The position numbers and the translations under genes are program-made. A stretch of DNA of 64,000 nt from Nageia nagi. Lineage: Eukaryota > Plantae > Pinophyta. The stretch lies in the NCBI GenBank assembly GCA_050084985.1, contig JBITNC010000001.1, forward strand, positions 42,098,001 to 42,162,000, written 5' to 3'. Under the pieces are notes generated by a model. The model ran no database searches and was not told the origin of the DNA. It saw only the letters and a list, made by a program, of their open reading frames with translations. Shown piece by piece: positions 1-9,893 of this stretch; the first letter of the stretch is position 1; every line of letters starts with the position of its first letter.

Positions 1-1133
1 CCCCTATCCTCCTGATCTTCATCAGGTTGACACCCTTTGTCACGTGTTAGATCCTACCTCTTCATGACATCAAGGTGGATGGGATGTGTCACCTGATTAA
101 TGTTTCATGGAGTGATAAGGTTATTAATGGTGCTCCTGACATTCACAACCTACATGTGGATTAGATGATAATGTTGATGACACCATTAATGATATGCATA
201 ATGGTGATGGGTGAGATAGTCAGTCAACCTTATCTAACTAATGGCAATGCGTAATGGACAACGAGTTACGTATCCAGATAATTTTTTTTACATGTTAAGG
301 TATTTTAACTCGATGAAATGATTATTGTGTACTCATCTAGGGGTGTGATTTATTCCACCCACTTATTCTTTTGATTGGAAAAATATTTAATTTTTATTAG
401 TTATGTAAGGTTCTTCATAAAAAAATAAAGCATTCATATATATATATACACCATACATGTAAAGTTTGAAAAAATTATTGAACTAAATTTTTCAACATTT
501 CAAAAAATAAAATTTATTTTAAAAACTGATTATATCAAAAAGATACATAATATAATTGCAAGGTACTATAAAAATATATAAACCAAAAGATGCGTTCACC
601 AAAATATAAAAATTATTATCTAAATAAAATCAAATCGATTAACTCTTTACATGTAATTTAAAGTATATATAATGTAACATGATACTACATTTCCAATTAT
701 TAAATGTGCACAAAAGTCTTAACTGATTCTTAACTTTTACCATGCAAGTTATAGTTAACTCTTAACCTTTGGTCTAAAAATAGAGCAAATACATTAAAAG
801 ATCTTCCACTTCTCCATGCTTATTGCCAATATAAATATATAATCTTAACAAAGGTTGAACTACCGTAGGAATACAATCTACAATCACATGCAACAATCAA
901 ATCACTTTTTAAATGCCCAATACTCTGTTTATTAGCATATGCATGGCACTGTACACCAACCAGGGGCATCTTATTCAAGCTCCAAATCTAAATAGAAGCC
1001 TCAATCCCTCATCACAAAGATAAAATCAGAGCTAGCTCTACCTGTTCAACCATATTATTATCAAACCATCAATTCTACAGTTCCATGCCAAATTCATTTT
1101 TGTGAAAATACCATTCTCACCCTCCTTGATCTC

Positions 1134-2026
1134 TCAGAAGTCGTCACCATCATAATACTCCTCCTCAGCCAAATTCTCCTCAACCTTCTCAGCTGCATCA
1201 TCTGCAATCTTGTCCTCCAAATATTCAGCCCCCTCCACCAAAGCTACGCCCCCCAAAACCCCAGCTACAGCTCCTACAGCCAAACCAGTCCCCACCCCAA
1301 ACTTTCTAGTCTTTGGATTCTCATTCACAGGGGCCGAGCCACCATACCCAGAAGAACCCTGATCGTAATAATTCCCAACCCCATACGCCCATGTGACGCT
1401 GGCTGGGAATAAGAACCTCCGTAGGAAATAGGACCAGAAGGATTATAATACCCTGATGGGGGTGGGGGAGAAGGATTATTTCCATAGGGGTACCATTCCG
1501 AAGGATAGGGAGGGTAATTAGCAGGATATCCTTGCGGGGGAGCAGCATAATTCCTAGTCCCATAAGGCTGGGGATAGGCTCCAGGAGGAGGGTACTGTGG
1601 CACGGGCCATTTTTTCTCCCTCAAACGGATCGCCACTTCCAACTTACCCTGCGGGCGGCCGGATGGACGCTTTAATTTCAATGTGCGTTGGAAATTCTCG
1701 TCGAAGCCCACTTCGTCTAGGACTTCCGTCAGGGCAATGCGGGCGGTTCCGACGAGCGGCTTCGTCATTTCCGACGGCTTTTCGTGCACGATATCCATCT
1801 GCAGCTCCGCGTCTTGAAGAGGTTTGGTGATGGGGATGATGAGATTTTCGTTCCAGCAAGGGTTTGTATCGCCTCCTTGATCGACGTTGGTGGAGACTTT
1901 GAAATCAGGATCGACCCACGCCACGGCATAGGGACGCAGATCTCCGTAGCGCCAATTGACGTTTTTGAGATCTTTTGCAGAGATGATTGTGAGCTCGAGG
2001 TCTACAGGTTTCCCGGGGCCTCCCAT
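1134..2026 (-). CDS. Intronless C2-domain (CaLB / SRC2-like) protein with Pro/Tyr/Gly-rich tail; one frameshift near 1388-1390
   Basis: ORF 1325..2026 has a plant C2 domain (LELTIISAKDLKNVNWRYGDLRPYAVAWVDPD...DTNPCWNE...LKRPSGRPQGKLEV) followed by YPPP repeats. The family C-terminus (KFGVGTGLAVGAVAGVLGG...YYDGDDF*) is in another frame (1134..1328), which reads AYGVGNYYDQGSSGYGGSAPV upstream to ~1388. One extra G in the GGG run restores a single ORF. Confidence 0.85.
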
Positions 2027-2142
2027 GGCCTTTCAAAGAAAATTCTGGCGACAAGAAGAAATTGAGACCTGGCGTGGAAAGTTTTTCTCTACGGGAAGGA
2101 ATAATTCACAATGACGTAACGGAAGAGGAAGAAGGGAGGAGG

Positions 2143-2209
2143 ATTTATAGCAGCGTGGAATGAGGATGGCGTCGAAGGCACGGGTGGAATATCGTGTCTA
2201 CTCCGCGTT
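2143..2209 (-). promoter_or_regulatory. Putative core promoter of the C2 gene: TATA box and CGCG box/RSRE
   Basis: CTATAAAT on the minus strand at 2143-2150, ~120 bp upstream of the ATG. CCGCGTT at 2203-2209 matches the CAMTA-bound CGCG box / rapid stress response element. Confidence 0.5.
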
Positions 2210-5149
2210 AATGTTAAGTTGAACATATCCGTGTGGTATATTTTGTTATGCAAAATTGTTTTTTGGGGAGTTGTTATGAGAAATTTCTATTCCGTGAGAT
2301 AAGGATCAGGGATAATATTATTAATGTCCACATGTTACTAATGGTCGATCGAAGTCTAAGGCATCCAAGGATTAAATTTGACGGGTGGGTCATGTTTTCA
2401 AATGAAAAGTACTTTTTATCTTCTCCTTTTTAATATTGAGAGAGTAAAATATTGTTTCATATTTGAAAAATATTCATCTACAATGTTTTGTAAACAATAA
2501 AATCTTTATTCTCATCCAAAATTTCATTTCATGAAGTTTTCATTAAAATAATTTCTTATAATGTTAATTGTAATCAATGATTGCAAATTATTCTCTAAAA
2601 CTTAGAAAAGTTGGAGTCTTTTAACAATACCAAAATTCACCACTACATCATCCATATCAACTATCATACAATAGCTTATGAGATTATTTAAACCCATAAA
2701 ATAAACACCTAAATCATGAAAATTCATTACAACAATAAACAAAAACTCATATGTAACTCAAAAAGAGGAGAATCAAAACAACCACACACACGCCTACAGG
2801 TTGTCATCCTCCCTACAATCCCAGTAAAAGTTTTAGCATGGTAAATAAAATATTCTTCAATCGTTCCATCCTCCTCTTGTTCTTCTTGTTCTGGAGGTGC
2901 ACTTTCTCCTTATCCTCTCTTGCTTGCTTGAAACAAATGAGACTCTTACCCCACCTGCTTTGAATTTGAATTAAGTGCTCCACCACAGTCCATGGAAAAT
3001 GAAAGAGATAGCTTAAGATGAGAGAACAACATGCCAAGTACAACACATGGGAAGGAAAAATGAAGATTGAATGAAGGAAATCACATGCTCAAATCCTCCC
3101 TTTACTGTAGTACTCAAATAGAAATGTAGAGGAATAAATGAAATAAACAATAATCTTGGAAATTTTTTTTACTCCCGCGCTCCCTCTACTGCAACTTGAA
3201 TACGATGATTTTATCTACTCCCCACTATCTTTAACATTTACATCCTCTCATATTTACTTTTTATCTTCAACATTTTGTTCGACATTGGATAGACTAAACT
3301 TAGCTTACAACTAGACCATACATGACATAACCTACCAAAAAATTAAAAATATTCAAAATTGTTTCCCACCCACACCTCCCAAGCTCCCCATCCCATAGTT
3401 CACCACTGCAACTTTGAAAGTTGAATGGAAAAAAATTAGCTAGAGGCTCCCACATACAATTTTGTTTTTATGGATGATTTTTAAAGAAGCCCTTCAATTG
3501 AAATTTTGAAAAATATTTAACCTTTTCAAAATTAATGGGTAATTTTATTTTTAGTCTTTCAAATGACATGTATATTTTAAATGCCCCTTTTATGATGGAG
3601 AAAATGTCTTTTGACAGGCATTGAAGGATTCAATTTTTATCCTTGACTTAACCATTTATGAATCGAATGTGGGCTTCATTATATAATAGGATTATTTTGT
3701 CTATTGAACTATTTTTATTTATATTAGATGAATCAGTACCTCATTACAATTCATTACAACACTTCTTGAATTCAAATCTTATCACCTCTATAATCTCTAG
3801 TATTATCATTTTCTCATGCATATATATAAATATTACAATAATAATATTCCCTACCATTTATCACATGGTGTTTAAATCTTTTACATGATCAAGATAATAG
3901 TTACATGATAGCTAATTTGCTAATGTATTAATCTTTCAAGGAATTTGAGTTAAACTTTTCAAAAGTTATTCAAAATCTATCAATTGTCAAATACATGTCT
4001 ATTCTCTCTAGGATACATAGAATGCAAATTCAATTTATCACCCATGATCTATGAGTTTGGGTCTAATAAATTGGTGTCACATAATCAACATCCCTCGTAT
4101 AAGGTAATAAGAATGGCTTAAGATTTTGTAATATTATTAAATCAATTATCAAGTTAGATTATAGTAATAAATATTATGTCTTTCAATTAATAGTGATTAA
4201 CTAATTCTAAACATGTTAGTCCAAATTCCCTTTAGAGGGCCTATTAGTGTTTATCTTTAGCATCCCTATTGAAGGAGGGATCCACTTGAGATGATGATTC
4301 ATCCTTGAAGGTTCTTAGGCGTGATTATGAACTAAAAATTAGTAAACCTACTTACATTGTGTCATTTCTCTTCTTTAAGGTTCGAGAGAATAATAAATTA
4401 ATAACTTAGTAGTGAGTAGTGGTTACTTAGAGGAAAGTAAGACACATTATCTCCACTGTATAAACCCTAATTTTCCTCTAAATGTGCTTCATGTATAGGC
4501 TGATAATAGCCCCTAAAATTCTAATCATTCCACTTTAACTCATCAAAGATTCCACAAGCCAAAGGAGATTAATGAAGTACTGAATTTGATCAACTAAGTA
4601 TTAGGGTACACCTCTTAATCACCTATCCTTGGTATCATGAACATATATTAGAAAGGTAGATCTATCCTTAAAGATAATAAAAATATATTATCAAGCTTCC
4701 TTTGAATGGAATTAATTAAATAATAAATGGTAGTTATCAACTAGCACACACAATTCACATTATGTGTCCAATGGATCCTTTCTTCATCAAGTCTTTGGAG
4801 CGAAGAAGAACCTAATGGAAAAAAGCAACATTGGTCCATATTTAGGGTTACCAAACCTATCTCTAAAATCTCTTATTTTTATGTTGAATTTAGGGAATAA
4901 GATATATAGATCTTAGACTATTGTATGAACTCCTTTTCTTGATCCTCCCTATCCTAAATCATCAATACGAGTTGATTCCATTATAATTGAGGTCTTCATT
5001 GGTTTATATATCATTTCATCCTCATGAAGATAATCCTTTGAGTTTAATAAGCATAGATAATGATCCATCTATATGACTCCTTACATGTTTCCACTCCTTA
5101 TAATTTAGCATGTCAAAGGAGAATGGAATGATTTACATTTTAGGCATCA

Positions 5150-5897
5150 TGCAAAAACCTCACAAGTTTCCCATTTTTAATTCTTAAAAAAAGATAAGGT
5201 TTATTCATATGGGATCCTTTACATAAAAATTTGACAATTGAAGAGCTTGAAGGAATAAGCCCACAAGACTAAATTCCTAATTACCCAATATCGCTTATAA
5301 ACTCTCTCTCAAATCCTTAAACATAAAGAACATGCACTCTCAAAGTAGCATTCATACAAGATGACACCAATATAAAGTGGTTCCTCAAACCATGGGATTA
5401 CATTGACTAATCTAAGATCGTATTTCTCAAAGACCACTCTCTTATAACGATGTTATGGTAATTCTATTTAGTATAATGATATTTATAGATGTCTAAAAAA
5501 TGTTATTATCCCTCAAAATTTCAAGAAAAATACAAGAATCGTGTTAAGAAAATTAACAACAAAATATGTCATCGTTATAAATATTTTGTATACAATATTA
5601 TTTAAAGGGGCACTTCTTAGGTACTTAAAACCAAATGAAATAGAAGCAACATTAAAATAAGCACATGAAGGTGTTTGTGGAGGTCATTTCTATGCTAAAT
5701 CCATTTATCAAAAGTTGTAGAGAATTAGATATTATTGACCTACAATGGAGCAAGATTATTATGTATATGTTAAGAAGTGCATGTAATTCCAAGAATAAGC
5801 TAATCTCTAATACACTCCTTAAGAGTTCAAAATTATGGCGGCTAATAGTGTTTCTCAATTTAGGTCATTGATTTGATAGGTGTTATTTATCCACACT
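5150..5897 (+). mobile_element. Degenerate Ty3/Gypsy pol remnant (RNase H to integrase N-terminus), interrupted by Copia-1
   Basis: Eroded translation gives ...EIEATLK*AHEGVCGGHF (integrase zinc-binding region) and IDLIGVIYPHS up to the Copia target site. It continues after 14276. Confidence 0.7.
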
Positions 5898-5902
5898 CTA
5901 GG

Positions 5903-6378
5903 TGTTAGAATTTGTAATGAAATATTGTGAATATATAAACTCCTTGTAAGTTCAATTAATCACTTAAAGGATATGTAGATACCTTAAGGGATTAATTGAA
6001 TTCTTTATTATGTGTGGACTTTGACCTTACCATGGGGTTAGTTGGTAGGTTAAAGTTAGGTCATACATTAATTGTAACCCTAACCTTACCCTTGGGTTAA
6101 AGGGAGGTTAGGGAGGTGCTCTTAAGCTATAAATAGAGGGCCTCTCCTCTTGTAACATATCTAAGTTTTGGAGTAAGATTACTCTACTAGTTTGTGTAGG
6201 AGAGGAAGAGAATAGTTGTAAGAGGGGCATACTTGAGAATTGAGATACTAGTTGTGGATGTACTCCCAAGGAGGGAGGAACCACATTACACTTGTGTTAT
6301 CTTGTGAATGGTGTTATGTTGAATGATTGAGCTTCCTAGTCTTGGACCTTGAGGATTAGAGTAGTGCTAATTCTCTCA
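5903..6378 (+). repeat. Copia-1 5' LTR
   Basis: 476 bp, TGTTAG...CTCTCA, with CTATAAAT TATA box. Differs from the 3' LTR by about 7 substitutions and one 2-bp indel (counted by eye). Confidence 0.95.
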
Positions 6379-7149
6379 ATTGGTATCAGAGCTTGGTGTG
6401 AAAGCTCTTCTTCTACATCTTGGAGGTTCTTCATCCTTCTTCATTCCTTTGGTGTGGAAGCTCTTCTTCTACATTTTGGAGGTTCTTCATCCTTCTTCAT
6501 TCCTCATCTTACACCCCATTGGTGAGGTAAATTTTAAGAGAAGGTATAAATTTCTCCTCATTTGGTTATCTTATGAATTATTGCATTAGATACTAACATA
6601 TTTTGTGAGATATTGGAGCTTATTTCTTGCAAAATATGATTAAAATGACAATGCAAGTAATTTTTTTCCTATACTAACCTCTTATGTTAGTAGCATTTTT
6701 TTTACAAAAATGCTTAATATATGATATACCTTTTTTTTAAGAGGCTACTATGAAATGCAAATATTTTTACTAACATTTTGTTTGTTAGTAGCAACTAATT
6801 TCTTGAGGTTTACTTTTCTTGTTTAAAGTAAACACAAGTGAAAGTTAATTTATTTTTTGAAAAAAAAAATAAAGGAGGGCTAAAAATAGAAATATAATGC
6901 TCTCAATTATACTAAACCTCTAGTGAGCATGATGTTAATGTTTAAAAAAAAAAAGAGATTACTATTGCAATATTTCTTTATGCCAATTAAAGAGGCAGCT
7001 CTCAAACTATTTTTATTCAAAGTTTGAATTTTTTTTTTTTTTCTTTGAGAGAGAAGAGCAATATTTTAAGGTTGAATTTTTTTGAAAGCAAATATTTTTT
7101 TATATATAATATATTTTTCAAAAATTATAATTTTTTTTGGGTCAAGTAA

Positions 7150-7705
7150 CAAATCGAATACATTGGTGAGGTCTGTAAATTGTTTGATAAAATGCCTCAT
7201 CGAGATGCAGCCATGTTCAATGCAATGATCGCAGAGTATGCACAAAATCGGATACATTGAAAGGGTCTGTAAATTGTTTGACAAAATGCCTCGTCTCATT
7301 CAATATGCACAAAACGGATACGTGGAAAGAGTCTACGAATTACAAAATTGATTTTTTTTTGCTATGTATAATGTGGAGACAACTGAAATGTTTTACCAAA
7401 ATTAATGTGCTCATACTGTGATCAATTTTGTGTACCATCGCCTCTCCCTCGCGAATTGTTTGACATGGACTGTGAGATGACCAAACGGATCCGATGGAGG
7501 GCTCCACGTATTGTTTGCATGGTGCAGACATTGTTTCTCACACACCCTCCTCCCTCGCTCGCTCCAATCATAGGATATGCACCAAACAGCTACTTTGAAA
7601 TAGAAGGCACGCAAGTTATTTGTCCAGATGCATAATGTAGACATCGTTTCATGGACTGCAATGTCTAGCAGGATATACACAAAAAAAGGAAACATTGAAT
7701 GGGTC
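7150..7705 (+). pseudogene. PLS-class PPR gene fragments inside the Copia-1 leader
   Basis: Translations with frameshifts: YIGEVCKLFDKMPHRDAAMFNAMIAEYAQN, YIERVCKLFDKMPR, IIGYAPNSYFE, ARKLFVQMHNVDIVSWTAM..AGYTQK. These match the PLS PPR consensus ARxLFDxMPxRDVVSWxAMIxGYAQNG. Confidence 0.75.
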
Positions 7706-9893
7706 CACACGGTGCAGATCGCACACCTTTCCCTGCAGCCTCCTCCCTTTGTCAGCATGGCCGCATTGGTGGCGAATCACTCGTAGCACCTTCCTCCTCC
7801 CCGTAGCATGATGGTCTCCTCTCCCCACACTGCTGACTCATCAGCCCTGCACCTCTCTCTACTCTGTAGCAAGCACTCTCCTCCCTCTCCTCTTGCACTC
7901 CTCTTAGTCACCAGCCTCCTGCACAAGCCTCCTCTTCCTCCTGCATGTAGTGGTTTAGCCTATCCATGCACCTCTCTTCTCCTCCACCATATACTCTTCT
8001 CCTAAGCATGGCCACCATCACCTCCATAGGTTGTCCTTTAGTGCCTCCATGAAGGTCATCCTCCTTCCCACGGTCAAGTGTGATGGCTGCCAACTCTTTG
8101 CAAGTCTTCTTTAATGCACTTAGAAGCATTAAGTTCTTGTTGACCACTTGCAAAATGATGCACTTCCAAAAGCAAACGTATACTTCTTAGGCACTTAATA
8201 TTTTACAAGTCAATTGCTCCCATTTAATGCACTTAAGAGTACTTAGAATATTTCTAATATTGACCACTTTTTACCTTCTATGCTCCTCCACAAAACAATG
8301 TATGCTCTTCTTGGTAGAAGAAAAGGGGGGGGGTCATTTTTTAAACAAACATGCATTTAATTTTGTTTTACCAAGGGGATTTGATTTACCACCTAAGTCT
8401 TAAAAACCCAACCAAACCCCTTGAGCATTAATTTGTTGACTACTCCCAAGAGGCAACGTATACTCCTTCTTGCTTTGGAAGAAGAAACATTAAATATGCA
8501 TGAAGTAGGGGTATGGGTCTCCTTCTTTTACCATTTAATTCTTGGAGACTTGGCAAGTAATGAATATCTTTTAACTTATTTTTACAATAAGGTCAAAAAT
8601 ATTTTAAGTTAAACTTAGCTTATTTAAAAAAAAAAATGCTTAGAATATTTTTAATATTGCATGTTTAATTTACTAAGGTGCACATGCAATTTCTAGAATG
8701 CTAACCTCTTAGCATTTTTTTCTCTCTAAGCATAGTAATTTAGTCTAAGTATGCTATTTTTTTAAGTAAATAAGGGAATTTTTTTTACTTAAAATGCATA
8801 CTTATAAGACAAGTCTTAGCATACAAGTTTTTTTTAGGGATAAAACTTTAAGTGAAAAGGGGGGAATTGGTATAATTTTTACTTAAAACTTTATCTAGAT
8901 CTTGCATACTAGACTTGTGATGCATGTCTCTTTAGCTTGTAAACTTTATCTAGATCTTGCATGCTAGACTTATGATGCATGTATCTTTATCTTGTTTGAG
9001 GAATAAAGCATGCTTAGGACTTAAAATTTTAAGTTAAATAATGCATGATGCATGATTATTACTTAATTTTTTTTTAAGTCATGGAACAATGCATGTTTTT
9101 TAAAGTTATGGATTAATGCTAAGTAGGACTTAGTTCCTTTTTTAAATTCATTAAGTGTTTAAATGAATTGAGCAAAATATACAAAATGTAAAATGTCCTT
9201 TAGGGGTTAGTACAAAACCCATTGTACTTTTAAGGTTTTTCAAGCTCATGTGGATGATGCAATTTTACTTTACTTTATATTTTTGCACAATTGCTTTATA
9301 CTTGCAAAATGCAAATATTGAAAGTAACCCCTAAAATGAACACATCCGCACGTATTTTTCCACAACATGACTTGTTTGGGGAGCCACGAGGGGAGGATAG
9401 GGCAGACTGGAGCCCTTTTAGTCCGAAGAGCCAAGTGGTGGTAAGTTCGTCTTAATTGCCCCTAAGACCTCTGTTGGATTGGACATAACTCTATTAGGTG
9501 GACAGGCATGTGTGTAGTGATACCACATGTCTGCATGTCCATTCACGGATTATCCTGATAACCTAGGAGGAAAACTAAAAACCTTAATCAAGATAATTAA
9601 AATGGTCAGTCCAAGATACGTCGGATCCTTGGAAAATAGTTGGTACTTCTCCTTGTGAGAGTATATTACTGACTAAGGTGAACTGGTTGAGGACTGGTAG
9701 TACCTAGGCTCCACCTTGCGGGCATCCAGGTGAAGGCCTAATTCTATACAAGAAAACAACCCCAAATTTATTCCTCTACGGATCATGGTTTATAAATTTG
9801 CACATGTGGGACATGTTTACTTATGTTTGATTTGTATAGATGGAAACTTCTAAAAATTTGCATTCTTATTGCATATTTACTTTTGTATAGATA

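Noticed and set aside
1-360. MITE-like segment with TGAC/GTCA motifs
   Set aside because: No TIR pair or TSD can be defined within the window.
1597-2065. Overlapping ORFs antisense or alternative to the C2 gene
   Set aside because: Shadow frames of a GC-rich coding sequence.
9311-9770. Possible hammerhead ribozyme, group II intron or RNase P identity for the structured leader
   Set aside because: No CUGANGA/GAAA core in the right geometry (only CTGATAA), no domain V or GUGYG start, and no convincing RNase P conserved regions. Left unassigned.
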